Positions 10,099 to 21,036 of a stretch of DNA of 64,000 bases are shown here, piece by piece. The position numbers were made by a program, and so were the translations under genes. Numbering within the stretch: the first letter of the stretch is position 1; each line of letters starts with the position of its first letter. The DNA comes from an uncultured Methanomassiliicoccales archaeon. Lineage in GTDB: Archaea; Thermoplasmatota; Thermoplasmata; Methanomassiliicoccales; UBA472. The notes beneath the pieces are model-generated. The model was not told the origin of the DNA. It ran no database searches and was given only the letters and a program-made list of their open reading frames with translations. Location: contig OY968769.1 in NCBI GenBank assembly GCA_963695345.1, positions 1,120,001-1,184,000 of the forward strand, written 5' to 3'.

Positions 10099-10863
10099 AT
10101 GCGCCTGGTGTGTTGGAATGTGAACGGGATCAGGGCAGCTTGTCGGAAGGGACTGCTGGATTGGATAGGTAAGGATTCTCCGGATGTCCTTTGCCTGCAG
10201 GAGACGAGGGCTAGCTATGATCAGCTGTCGAAGGAACTGACCGACATCCCCGGTTACGAATCCTATTTCACATCGGCCAACGGGCGTTCTGGATACAGCG
10301 GCGTGGCGCTATATACCAGGGTACGCCCGGACAAGGTCGAATATGGCATCGGGATCGACCGATTCGACAATGAAGGACGAACGATGATAGTCCACTATCC
10401 TGATTTCGTCCTCTGCAATATCTACTTCCCCAATGGCAAGGCTTCCCCAGAAAGGCTCAGGTACAAGATGGACTACTACGAAGAGTTCCTCCGATACGTG
10501 AACGGTCTGAGGTCTGAAAGAAGGTCGGTGGTGATATGCGGAGATATAAACACCGCCCATAGGGAGATCGATATCGCCAGGCCGAAGGAGAATATGAAAC
10601 GATCCGGTTTCCTGCCCGAGGAGAGGGAATGGATGGACCGGCTTATGGCCAGCGGATTCGTGGATACCTTCAGGGAACAACATCCAGATGAGGTCAGATG
10701 GTCCTGGTGGGATCAAAAGACACGGGCGCGGGAACGCAATGTCGGATGGCGCATCGATTACTTTTTTGTCAGCGAGGACATTTTTCCCAGAGTGTCCAGC
10801 TCTTTCATCGAGGACGAAGTGACCGGTTCCGACCACTGCCCGGTGGGAATAGAGATCAAATGA
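10099..10863 (+). CDS. xth: Exodeoxyribonuclease III / AP endonuclease
   Basis: WNVNGIRA, LCLQET, GYSGVA, YFPNG, CGDINTAH, GWRIDYF, SDHCP. Confidence 0.95.
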   Translation: MRLVCWNVNGIRAACRKGLLDWIGKDSPDVLCLQETRASYDQLSKELTDIPGYESYFTSANGRSGYSGVALYTRVRPDKVEYGIGIDRFDNEGRTMIVHYPDFVLCNIYFPNGKASPERLRYKMDYYEEFLRYVNGLRSERRSVVICGDINTAHREIDIARPKENMKRSGFLPEEREWMDRLMASGFVDTFREQHPDEVRWSWWDQKTRARERNVGWRIDYFFVSEDIFPRVSSSFIEDEVTGSDHCPVGIEIK

Positions 10864-10997
10864 CCGGCCGGTGAGGAAACGATGACCGTTTCAATAAATG
10901 CCAGCGTTGCGGCTATGATCTTGTCCTCACTAAGTGTCCCGAATCCACGATGGAAGTCGCCATGACTTAATAGCGGAGGAAGAACTGTATTTGCCGA

Positions 10998-12188
10998 ATG
11001 GGTGTTCATTTGAATGGATCAAAACCAGTCGCCATTGTCGCCTGCGAGGGTTACGGCCGTGACCGGGTGCTTGAGGCGGTCAAACGCTCAATCGACCTTA
11101 TCGGCGGCATAGAACGTTTCGCTAGTCCAGGTCAGAAGATACTGCTAAAGCCGAATATCTTGACGCCTACCCCATCGGACAAATGCGTGGTAACGCATCC
11201 AGATGTGGTCTATGCTGTGGCAAAATTACTGGTCGACAATGGTTGCAAGGTCATGATCGCCGAGAGCCCGGGGGCAGGCACCGTCTATAGCGCAGCGAAC
11301 CTGAGGAAGGCATACGAGAAGGTAGGCTATGACCAGGTCGCTAGGGAATTGGGGATAGAGCTCAACGAGGACGTGAGAGCTCGTGATGTGGCAAATCCCG
11401 ATGGGGTTCTGATGAAGCGTTTGAGGCTCATCGAACCGGTGTTCAATGTCGATGCGGTGGTGGTCGTTTCCAAGATGAAGACACATCTTTTCACTTACAT
11501 GACGGGTGCTGCCAAGAACGCCTTCGGCCTGGTACCGGGCATGGAGAAGGCCACATTCCATGCCCGACTGCAGAGGAGCGAAGAGTTCGCCAGGATGATA
11601 GTGGACGTGAACGAATACGTCAAACCGACCCTTGAGATCATGGACGCTGTGGAGGCGATGGAAGGGGACGGCCCCCAGTCAGGGACCCCTAGGCACGTGG
11701 GTGCGATTCTCTCCAGCGGGTCATATTCCGCCCTCGATGTGGTGGCCACAAGAATAATGTCGATCGATCCGAATGAGATATGCACCATCAAGGAAGCGGT
11801 CGATCGGGGCTTGCTGGCCGAAGACCTTTCGGACGTGGAAATGGTCGGCGATGGGCTGGAAAAGTTCATTGTCAAGGACTTTCAGAGGCCTTCGACCTTC
11901 ATCGGCAAGAAAAAGAGCGAAAGCAGGACGGTGAAGGTGCTGATGACCCTGATCAAGGTCTATGCGCTTAGACCGAACATAGTACGCTCCATGTGCGTGG
12001 GTTGCGGGAAGTGCTATCGAGGCTGCCCCATGAAGGCAATCACCATGAAGAACGGCAAGGCGAAGGTCAACCAGCGCAAATGCATCCGCTGCTATTCGTG
12101 CCATGAGTTCTGTGATGGCCATGCTATCCGGCTGAGGCGGAGCGTGACCGGGAAGGCGATGGCCGCGGTCATGGAGAGGAAGAAGTGA
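10998..12188 (+). CDS. DUF362 protein with C-terminal 2x[4Fe-4S] ferredoxin domain
   Basis: LLKPN, VTHPDVV, KMKTH, TGAAKNAFG, AMEGDGP; CVGCGKCYRGCP and CIRCYSCHEFC. Confidence 0.9.
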   Translation: MGVHLNGSKPVAIVACEGYGRDRVLEAVKRSIDLIGGIERFASPGQKILLKPNILTPTPSDKCVVTHPDVVYAVAKLLVDNGCKVMIAESPGAGTVYSAANLRKAYEKVGYDQVARELGIELNEDVRARDVANPDGVLMKRLRLIEPVFNVDAVVVVSKMKTHLFTYMTGAAKNAFGLVPGMEKATFHARLQRSEEFARMIVDVNEYVKPTLEIMDAVEAMEGDGPQSGTPRHVGAILSSGSYSALDVVATRIMSIDPNEICTIKEAVDRGLLAEDLSDVEMVGDGLEKFIVKDFQRPSTFIGKKKSESRTVKVLMTLIKVYALRPNIVRSMCVGCGKCYRGCPMKAITMKNGKAKVNQRKCIRCYSCHEFCDGHAIRLRRSVTGKAMAAVMERKK

Positions 12189-12218
12189 AGACCGGCTATC
12201 CGATCGGGGAATGAACGC

Positions 12219-12830
12219 ATGAAAGGGTGTCATTTCCAGGATGTTCCGGGAAAGAAGAGCGTATGCCTCATGGCCGTTTGCCAACCGGGAGAACGCAGGC
12301 CGCACTTCCACACCTGCGATGAGCACCGTGAGGAAAGATGCCAGTACCGGGCATGGGATGTCGACGTGAGAATGCATGTGGTCAGGCAAAGGTCACAGCT
12401 CACGGATTCCTGCCCCGCGTGCAATCAAAGGCACGAGAACCTGGCGGACCGGTATGCATGCGTATGCCGCCACCGGATGGAGGAAGCATTCAGGAGCTCA
12501 CCGGCCTATCTTGAGGACGGAAGCATGGAGGACCTTTTCGAAGGCGCACCCTTGATGATCAGGGCGAACATGTGGAGGAAGCTCCGGACAGCCGTGGTGG
12601 AACGGGACCGGGGCGTCTGCCAGGATTGCGGAAGGGAGCTGGCACGCCTGCCCAAATGGTATACTGAGGTGCATCATATCGTCCCCCGGATAAGGGGCGG
12701 CGGCGACCACCCGGCGAACCTGAAAACGCTCTGCGTCGAATGCCACCGAAAATATACGGACAGCATGCTCATGTCCCGGATCAAGCGAAGCGATGAGGCG
12801 TACCAGGCGGCGCTCCTTTTCAAGAAGTAG
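12219..12830 (+). CDS. HNH endonuclease with Cys/His-rich N-terminus
   Basis: ERDRGVCQDCG...EVHHIVPRIRGGGDHPANLKTLCVECH. Confidence 0.88.
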   Translation: MKGCHFQDVPGKKSVCLMAVCQPGERRPHFHTCDEHREERCQYRAWDVDVRMHVVRQRSQLTDSCPACNQRHENLADRYACVCRHRMEEAFRSSPAYLEDGSMEDLFEGAPLMIRANMWRKLRTAVVERDRGVCQDCGRELARLPKWYTEVHHIVPRIRGGGDHPANLKTLCVECHRKYTDSMLMSRIKRSDEAYQAALLFKK

Positions 12831-12853
12831 CCTGACGGGAACGACCAGGACCA

Positions 12854-14275
12854 TCAGGCCTTCTCATCGAACGCCTTCAGGCCGCTGCTCACAGCCTCGC
12901 GGGCCTTGGGATTGAAAAGATTGCTGAACACTATCTGGCGGGCAGTCCTGTTGTGGACCAGCAACGACAGCAGCTCAAAGACCCCGGCCTTGTTCTTCCA
13001 TGCGTTCAGATAGGCGTCGTAGCCTTGTTGCACCAAACCTTCCAGTTTGTCGCGGCCCTTATCCTTCTGGTATTCATAGACCCGGTGGTTGCGTTTCCAC
13101 TCATCCGGTCCGATGGATCCTTCCTTCTCCTTCTGTTGCCATAGCGGGGTGCCGACGAGATAGTCGAGTATGTTAATCTCGACCGCATGCGGCCTGAGCC
13201 GGGCGATCATTTCGATGGTCTTCCTTATGTCGTCCTCCGATTCCACCGGAGCTCCGAGTATGAACGATGTGACGACGATCATGTCCGCCTCCTTCGCGTT
13301 CTCCACGGCGGTCACTATCTGGGCCGGCCGGATCTTCTTGTTATAGTAGTCCAGCACGGTCTCTGAGGCGGATTCGGCGCCAAAATATATCACATCGAAC
13401 CCGGCCTTCTTCATCGCCTTCAGCATGCTGGGGGAAGCATTGTTGACCCGACCCTCGCAATAGAACCTCATCTTGATGCCCCTTTCCCGGATCATGTTGC
13501 ATATCTTGACCACCCGGTCCTCGCGTTGAGTGAAATTGTCGTCCACCAGGACAACATTGCGATAGCCTTCATCATACAGCAGTTGCATCTCATCGACGAC
13601 GTTCTCCGCACTGCGATAGCGCCATTTTCTCAGCGAGAACGCAGCGCATGAACAGTAGGAGCAATTGAAAGGACAGCCTCTGGACGTGGACATTGTGGTG
13701 AATTTCCCGAAGGTCAGGGGAATGCCCCTCATGGCGTATCCGTATTCTACCCCGGAGAGCATTTTCCGGTCCGGCATCGGCAGAGCGTCCAGATCCTCGA
13801 TTATGGCAATGTCGTTAGAAACATGTACGCCATCGTCCAAGTAGCTGATGCCGGCCACCTTGTCCGGTCCCCTGCCAGACTCGATGCACTCCAGCAGATC
13901 GATGATCGCTTCCTCCGCCTCCCCCTTTATGATATAATCGATGAATTGGTATCCGCGAAGTATCTGCTCCGCGGTGAATGTGGCATGATATCCCCCCAGA
14001 ATTATCGTGGTGTCCGGGAGCCGCTCCGATACCTTTCGGATGGTCTCGATCGCCTGTAGAAAGGTATGGGTCGAACAGTTCATCCCGAACACGTCCGGAC
14101 TTTCCTTCACCGCGAGTTCCACCAGCTGATCGCCGTCCAGGTTCAGGCAGAACGCGTCCACGACCTTGACTTCGTCATTACGGTGCTTCCTTAGATTGGC
14201 CGCGATGTAGAGAAGACCGAGGGGGGGCCAAAGCTCATCGGTCTTCCATGGCGGAGTGGTCAGCATTATCTTCAT
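12854..14275 (-). CDS. B12-binding radical SAM protein
   Basis: PPLGLLYIAA, ILGGYHAT, GEAE, TSRGCPFNCSYC (CxxxCxxC), DDNF, FGAES. Confidence 0.93.
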   Translation of the reverse strand: MKIMLTTPPWKTDELWPPLGLLYIAANLRKHRNDEVKVVDAFCLNLDGDQLVELAVKESPDVFGMNCSTHTFLQAIETIRKVSERLPDTTIILGGYHATFTAEQILRGYQFIDYIIKGEAEEAIIDLLECIESGRGPDKVAGISYLDDGVHVSNDIAIIEDLDALPMPDRKMLSGVEYGYAMRGIPLTFGKFTTMSTSRGCPFNCSYCSCAAFSLRKWRYRSAENVVDEMQLLYDEGYRNVVLVDDNFTQREDRVVKICNMIRERGIKMRFYCEGRVNNASPSMLKAMKKAGFDVIYFGAESASETVLDYYNKKIRPAQIVTAVENAKEADMIVVTSFILGAPVESEDDIRKTIEMIARLRPHAVEINILDYLVGTPLWQQKEKEGSIGPDEWKRNHRVYEYQKDKGRDKLEGLVQQGYDAYLNAWKNKAGVFELLSLLVHNRTARQIVFSNLFNPKAREAVSSGLKAFDEKA

Positions 14276-14407
14276 GTCGTTTCAGACCCGATTTGACGAG
14301 CAAATCGGTTGATAATAGTGGACTGTCCCAAGCTTAATCATTTTGCCTCCTTGACCCCTCCTAGCGGACCTGAATAGATTAATAACGGCCTAAGTCGGAA
14401 TACCGGT

Positions 14408-14851
14408 ATGCAGGGTCGGGAGTTCGAGGTCCGGAAGGCCAGGATGGAGGACTATTGTGGCATAATAGCGCTCTGGACCCGCTCTGGACTAAGTTACCGG
14501 CCAGCGGGAAGGGACTCCCGGGAGAATCTTGAACGGGAGATGGAGGACCCGGAGGTGGACATCCTGGTAGCCTTGGACGGAGACCGCATCATCGGTTCGG
14601 TCATCGGCACCAATGATGGCCGCAAGGGATGGGTTAACCGACTGGCGGTTGATCCCGATCACCGGAGCAGAGGAGTTGCCAAGGAACTTGTGGAGAGGGT
14701 CGAGGAGTGTTTCAGGTCCCGCCATCTCAATGTCTTTTGCTGTCTGATAAACGCCGAGAACGAGCCGTCCCAATCGTTGTTCGAGAGGATCGGATATGAC
14801 CGACACGGGGAAGTGGTGTATTTTTCGAAGAAGAACGATCCTGACGTCTGA
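14408..14851 (+). CDS. GNAT acetyltransferase (YpeA-like)
   Basis: DGRKGWVNRLAVDPDHRSRGVA, N...LFERIGY. Confidence 0.9.
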   Translation: MQGREFEVRKARMEDYCGIIALWTRSGLSYRPAGRDSRENLEREMEDPEVDILVALDGDRIIGSVIGTNDGRKGWVNRLAVDPDHRSRGVAKELVERVEECFRSRHLNVFCCLINAENEPSQSLFERIGYDRHGEVVYFSKKNDPDV

Positions 14852-14919
14852 CCTGAGTATTATCAAGTACTGGAAAACCAGGGAACAATATATCTCTAAA
14901 AAAGGCAAATCACTTCCGG

Positions 14920-17666
14920 ATGTCCGACCCCCAGGAATCATCCATCAGAGTCCTGGTTGTTGACGATGAGTCAACCCTCCTAGAGATAGCCAGGGATTTC
15001 TTGGAACAGGTACCGGGGCTATCCGTCGATGTGGAACTATCCCCGCATAGGGCACTTCAGATGCTTTCCTCGGCCAGATACGACGCGGTGGTTTCCGACT
15101 ATCAGATGCCGGGCCTTGATGGCATCCAATTCCTGAAGCTCATCCGTTCCCAGGGAAGCGATATACCATTCATTCTCCTCACCGGCAAAGGCAGGGAGGA
15201 GGTGGCCATGGACGCCCTTAACAACGGAGCGGACTATTACCTCCAGAAGGGGGTCCAGGTCCGGCCTCTGTTCGCCGAGCTGGTCAATATGATACAGCGC
15301 AGCGTCGAGCACAAGAGGAACGGAAGGGCCATCAAGGAGAGCGAGATAAAATATCGCAGACTGTTCAACAGCAACCGGGACGCAATATTGGTATGGAGGC
15401 TGGATGAGGAGGGCCGCTTGGTCGATGTGAATGAGAACGCCTGTTCGCTGCTCGATTATTCCCGCAATGAACTGCTCGGCATGGACCGGTCCGATCTCCT
15501 TGCACCCGAGTATGCTGGTGCGGAATATGCGATTAAGGACCTGCTTGCCACCGGGGCCGAGGCGACGGTAGAGGTGACGTTCATCTCCCGGACCGGGGAA
15601 AGGATCCCCAGCCTGGTGACGACCAACGCCATTGAGATCCAGAGAGTAGGACATGCCATATCCATCATCCGTGACCAGCGTGACAAGCATCGTTCTGACA
15701 AGGAGGCGAAGGAACGGGAGGCGAGATTCCGAGCGATCTTCGAGAACTCCGCCACCGGAATCGCCCTGGAAGACTCAGAAAGAGTTATCCTGGAATGCAA
15801 TCCAGCATTGTCGAGGACATTCCACAGGAAGTGCGAGGACCTTCGCGGGACAAAAGGGTATGAGCTCATGGACCCGGATTGGGTCAAGGCCGATAAGACC
15901 GAGTTCGATCGGCTGATGAGGGGTGAGATCGACCAGTATGCGAGAGAGAACCTGTATAGGAACGTGGATGGCTCTCTCATCTGGGCGAACGTTCATTTCT
16001 CACGGATTCTGGACAACGGCAGGACCTTGGCACTGGCCATGGTCGAGGATGTAACCAAGAGAAAGAAGGCGGAGAATATCCAGACATCTCTCTACCAGAT
16101 ATCGCAGGCGACCGTCTCGTCGCCCAACCTGGATGTGCTCTACGGACGGATACATGAGATACTTGTCCGGACTGATGCCGGCCGAGAACTTCTTCATCGG
16201 GTTGTTGGTCGATGACAACGAATCGATGACCTTCCCCTACTTCGTGGACCAGAAGGACCCCAATCCAGGCCTGGTATGCCGAGGCAGGACCACATCCAAC
16301 TACGTTATCAGGACCGGTAAACCCCTGTTCATGGACAAGGACCGGTGGGCCAAACTGATCGCCGAAGGGGAGATCGTTCCCTCCGGGACCCTGCCCATCC
16401 ATTGGATGGGCGCACCCTTGAACGTCGGAGGGAAAGCCATCGGTGTGATGGTTATCCAAAGCTATTCCGGCACGGTGACATACAGTCAGTTGGACCTTGA
16501 ACTCCTAATGTTCGTCTCCGACCATGTGGCCTTGGCTATCGATCTCAAGAGATCGGAGGAGGCGCTCAAGGAAAGCGAACGCAAGCTCTCCACATTGATG
16601 GGGAACCTGCCCGGGATGGCATATCGTTGCCGCAATGACCCGGAATGGACCATGGATTTCATCTCCGAAGGTTGCCGCGGTCTCACTGGCTATTCACCAA
16701 ATGATATCATCGGTAACACTCTTCTCAGCTATAAGGACCTGATACACCCGGATGACCGACGGCTCGTCGAGGAGGAAGTTAACAAGGGCATCGAAGGGCG
16801 ATGCCAGTTCCATGTGGAGTACCGCATGATGGCCAAGGACGGGACGGTACGATGGCTATGGGAACAGGGGTGCCCGGTGTACGATGAAACGGGGACGTTC
16901 GTCGGTCTGGAAGGATTCATCACGGACGTGTCCATGCGAAAGAAGGCTCAGGACAACGTTGGGCTGGCGAACCGTAAGCTAACCCTCCTCAGCGATCTGA
17001 CCAGACATGACGTGATCAACCGGGTCACCATGCTGTCGGGGTATCTGGAGCTCATCGAGAAGAACGTCAAGGAAGATAAGGTGCGCCGGTACGCCGAGAA
17101 GGCCATCCTGGCCGCCCGCTCCATAGGGGAACAGATGGAGTTCATACGCGAATACCAGGGGGTCGGGCATCGGAGAACCGGAATGGTTCGACCTGCTATT
17201 GTTGGCAGACCGGGCGATCTCGAAGACCGATCTCGGCGCCATCGCCATCAACAATGAGCTCGGCGGACTGTCGATCTACGCCGATCCAATGATCGAGAAA
17301 GTGTTTTGCAACCTCTTGGAGAACTCGGTCAAGCACGGTGTTAAGGCATCGCAAATCGGCATCAGCTACCTCAAGGGCAGCGACTCGGTCGAGATCTACT
17401 ACAAGGATGATGGAGACGGGATTCCATCGGATACGAAGGCTCAGTTGTTCAGCAGGAGCTACAAGCAGAGGTTGGGCCACGGGATGAACTTCATTCAGGA
17501 GGTGCTCCGGATAACCGGGATGGAGATCGACGAGATCGGCCTCCCCGGAAACGGCGTCCTGTTCCGCATCAAGGTTCCGACTGGCTGTTACCGAATCAAG
17601 GGCGAGCTAAGTAAAAGCTATATGAGAGGCACCACAGTTATGAACCAAGAGAGGGCGGATAAATAA
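14920..17666 (+). CDS. Hybrid sensor histidine kinase REC-PAS-PAS-GAF-PAS-HisKA-HATPase; two apparent frameshifts (~16165, ~17170)
   Basis: Joined ORFs 14920-16215, 16133-17257 and 17199-17666: VVDD/SDYQMP/LTG receiver, PAS repeats, GAF (WMGAPL...GVMVIQSY), H-box TRHD, N-box NLLENSVKHG, DDGDGI. Confidence 0.88.
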
Positions 17667-18055
17667 TGTACGTCATACTGGCCATCGATGCACAATCGTT
17701 CTCCAGCAAGGCGGCGAGGTATTCCATAGACTACGCCAAGGCCATGGGGTTGGACCTCCTGATAATGTCGGTACTGAGCAGGAAGGACATGGAAGAGAAC
17801 CCTCGCCTGGTCAAGTATACCATGATCGTCATGTCCCGGATAAAGACGGAAGCGGGGGACGAAGGAGTGGAAGCGAAGACCGTGCTGGAGAAGGGTCTGC
17901 CTGTGGAGGTCATACTCATCGAGGCGGACCGGATCGGGGCGAAGGCGATCATCCTGGGCCCAACCCAAAAATCCGGACTGGACAAGTTCATGATCGGCAG
18001 CGTCTCCGAGGGTTTGATCAAGGCCGCCAAATGCCCGGTAATAATCGTGAAATGA
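17666..18055 (+). CDS. Universal stress protein
   Basis: ILAID...IILGPTQKSGLDKFMIGSVSE...CPVIIVK; start overlaps the kinase stop (TAATG). Confidence 0.92.
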   Translation: MYVILAIDAQSFSSKAARYSIDYAKAMGLDLLIMSVLSRKDMEENPRLVKYTMIVMSRIKTEAGDEGVEAKTVLEKGLPVEVILIEADRIGAKAIILGPTQKSGLDKFMIGSVSEGLIKAAKCPVIIVK

Positions 18056-18189
18056 CCATAGGGCGCCGGTGAAAGGGGTTTTCAGAGCATCAGCCGTTGC
18101 GGGCCATTTGGGCATGTAATCATTTGAGCCATCGATCAAACGCGATTGAAAAGGTATATCGGAGGGCACGCCAATCGTACCCTAGGAAG

Positions 18190-18588
18190 GTGGGCTTCAC
18201 GAACATTCTATTGGCAACGGACGGGAAGGAACACTCGGCCAAGGCCGTAAGGTACGCATTCGACCATGCGAAGGACCACAAAGCCACACTTTTCGTGGTG
18301 TTCGTGGTCAGCCCCAAGGCGGATGAGGACAAGGAACGCGTCATCCGGCAGGGATTGGACGAACTGGACCGCCTGAAGGAAATGGCGACCAAGGAAGGAA
18401 TCGAGATCAAGACCCTTCTCGAGGCCGGTTCCCCCTACGACACGATCCTGAAGGCTTCGGACCGCGTCAACGCCAATGAGATCGTGGTCGGGACATCGGG
18501 AAAGACGGTTATCGACCGGGTGCTGATCGGCAGCGTCTCCGAGTACGTGGTCCGAAATGCCAGATGCACCGTCATCGTGGTCAGGTAG
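18190..18588 (+). CDS. Universal stress protein
   Basis: NILLATDG, IVVGTSGK...LIGSVSEYVVRNARCTVIVVR; GTG start inferred. Confidence 0.9.
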   Translation: MGFTNILLATDGKEHSAKAVRYAFDHAKDHKATLFVVFVVSPKADEDKERVIRQGLDELDRLKEMATKEGIEIKTLLEAGSPYDTILKASDRVNANEIVVGTSGKTVIDRVLIGSVSEYVVRNARCTVIVVR

Positions 18589-18599
18589 GTCTAGAAGAA

Positions 18600-19095
18600 T
18601 CATGACCTGGCTTCTGGGACTGGCACGTCAGCCTTGATCATCTTCGATTCCATGATGTCCAGGGCCACCATGATCCCCTGGATTATGGCCTGTGGCCGGG
18701 GAGGGCATCCGGGAATGAAGACGTCGACCGGGACGACTGAGCTGACCCCGTTCGAGCAGGCATAGGTATCCGCGAACAGCCCTCCGCTGATGGCGCATAC
18801 CCCCATGGCCACCACGATCTTCGGCGTGGGCGTGGCGTTGTAGGTCTGGAGAAGCGCGTGCTCCATGTTCCGAGTGACCGGACCGGTGACCAGGAGCATG
18901 TCGGCGAAACGTGGCGAGGCCACGATGTGAATGCCGAATCGCTCGATGTCGTAGATGGCGTTGGTCGAGGGCGTTCACCTCCACCTCGCAGGCGTTGCAG
19001 GAGCCGGCGTCCACCTCACGGATGGAGAGCGAACGGCCCAGCACCTTCTTTATCCTCTTGTCCAATTGCCGCCCCAGGACCTCGATCTCCGTCAC
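18600..19095 (-). CDS. hyfI: Ehr/hydrogenase-4 small subunit (HyfI/NuoB-like); one frameshift ~18960
   Basis: DAGSCNACE, ASPRFADMLLVTGPVT, GVCAISGG, IPGCPPRP. Confidence 0.88.
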
Positions 19096-19433
19096 TGCGT
19101 TCTTCGGTCAATCCGGTACACCACCTTCAGGTTCTCAGCTGTCCTTGGCGGCCAGCTCGAACTTCTTTGACATTCCTGATCGCCTGTTCCGGACAATGCC
19201 TGGCGCATTCCCCGCAGAAGATGCATTTGCCCATGTCGATGGTGATCGTGCTGTAGCCTTCATCTATCGCCCCGGTAGGGCAGACCTCCACACAGGTCTT
19301 GTCCATCCGGCACAGGTGTACGTCGACCTCGGGCATCCCCATATGCCCGTCATATGGTTCGATACGGCCTGTCAGGGTAGTCGCTCGTCACCACCCCCTT
19401 CTTCATGACTCCCTTGGTGTACCATCTGAACAT
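19092..19433 (-). CDS. HyfH/NuoI-like 2x[4Fe-4S] subunit, frameshifted; may be fused to the small subunit
   Basis: ATG at 19433 gives MFRWYTKGVMKKGVVTSDYP, then MPEVDVHLCRMDKTCVEVCPTGAI and CIFCGECARHCP; 3' end uncertain. Confidence 0.75.
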
Positions 19434-19443
19434 TACTTTCACC

Positions 19444-21036
19444 TCACAGGTCGTTCCCAGCATAGGAGAGGCTGAGGCTCTTGTTCACGAGACGGGAAGT
19501 CCGGGACGATGTCTCCCAGGACCGCGAACTCTATCGCCAGCCAATTGCTGAACGAGGGGTCCCTGACCTTATGGCGGAAGGGTGCCCCTTGCCCGGCCAT
19601 GATCCAGTGCATCGCTTCGCCGCGCGGAGCCTCGACCAGGCCCATACCTACCTTCTTCTCCGGGACCTCGCCAATATTGACCGCGATATCGGACGCCTTT
19701 CATCGTGTCCAGCGCCTGCTCGATTATGCTCACCGACTCGTATGATCTCATCGATCCTGACCTTTGTCCTGGCCAGTATGTCCCCTTCCCGATAGACCGG
19801 CACGGTGAAGCTCAGGCGCTTGTAGGCCGCGTAGGGATGGTCGCGCCTTACGTCCCGGTCGACGCCGCTCCCCCGGGCGGCTGGGCCCGACCAGGTCCAT
19901 GTTCTTGGCGATGTCGTACGATATGGTGCCGGTGACCTCGATCCGGTCCATCAGGGAGGGCATGTCGGAGATCATCTCCGACCCATTCAGTACAGTTCCA
20001 GCTTCGTCTTGACCAGGGTGGACTCGATCTTGACCGCCTGTCCTTGGTGATGTCCTTACGAACCCCGCCCAGCGTGTTGACCGAACGGAGGAAACGGCTC
20101 CCGGTCAGCCAGATCGTTCAGGTCCATCATGCGCTCCTTGAGAATGTAGGCCTGTTGCGCTCCGACATTGAACGCGGTGTCCAGCGCGATCCCTCCCAGG
20201 TCCCCGAGATGGTTGTAGATGCGCTCCATTTCCAGAAGGCGGTCCTGATGTTCTCCGCCCTCTCGGGCACCTGGACGTCGGCGATCGATTCCAGTGCCTG
20301 ACAGTATGCGGTGGAATGGGCAAAACCGTTGTCCCCGGAAATCCGCTCGGCCAGGAAGACACCCCGGTGGTAGGAGGTCGATTCGGACAGTTTCTCCACG
20401 CCCCGATGGACGTAACCCATCCGTATCTCGAGATTGATGATCGGCTCGCCGGCCACGCTGAAACGGAAATGACCAGGTTCGATGACGCCGGCATGGACCG
20501 GACCGACCGGGATCACGAACACCCCCTCACCCTCGACCGGACGATAGGGGTAATCGGTCTTGATCCGCTCCACCTTGGATTCGATGTCGAAGTCCTTGCG
20601 GAGCGGATAATATCCAAGTGGCCAGTCGTCCCAGAGGACCAGCGGCCTGGGGTCCGGATGCCCCACGGCGGTTATCCCGAACATGTCCATGATCTCCCGC
20701 TCATACCAGTAGGCGGCGAAGACCTCGGAGGTCAGTGTCCGGTAGGCGGGAAGCGATTCGTCGATCTTCGTCGCCAGGGTCAGGAACAGGTCCTTCCTGG
20801 GCAAGGGAGAAGATGGTGTAGAGGCAGAAGCATGAGGTGTACTCCCTCTCATCGGTGGCATGCTGCGAGATGAGGGTCACGTGGTAGCGCCGGTTCAGAT
20901 GGGCCACCATGTCGGGGAGTGAGTCCTTGTTCACGTCGATGCGCAGGTTCTTGCCTTCGAAAGAAGTGGAAGACACCCCGATGGCCACGTTCGGCGGGAG
21001 GTCCTCGAGTATCTCCGTCAGGTACTCTTCGCTCAT
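19444..21036 (-). CDS. hyfG: Ehr large subunit (HyfG/HycE-like NuoC+NuoD fusion) without NiFe cysteine motifs; several frameshifts
   Basis: WYEREIMDMFGI, VGPVHAGVIEPGHFRF, GYVHRGVEK, AERISGDN, VEAPRGE, reconstructed C-terminus DFPLVNKSLSLSYAGNDL. Confidence 0.85.
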
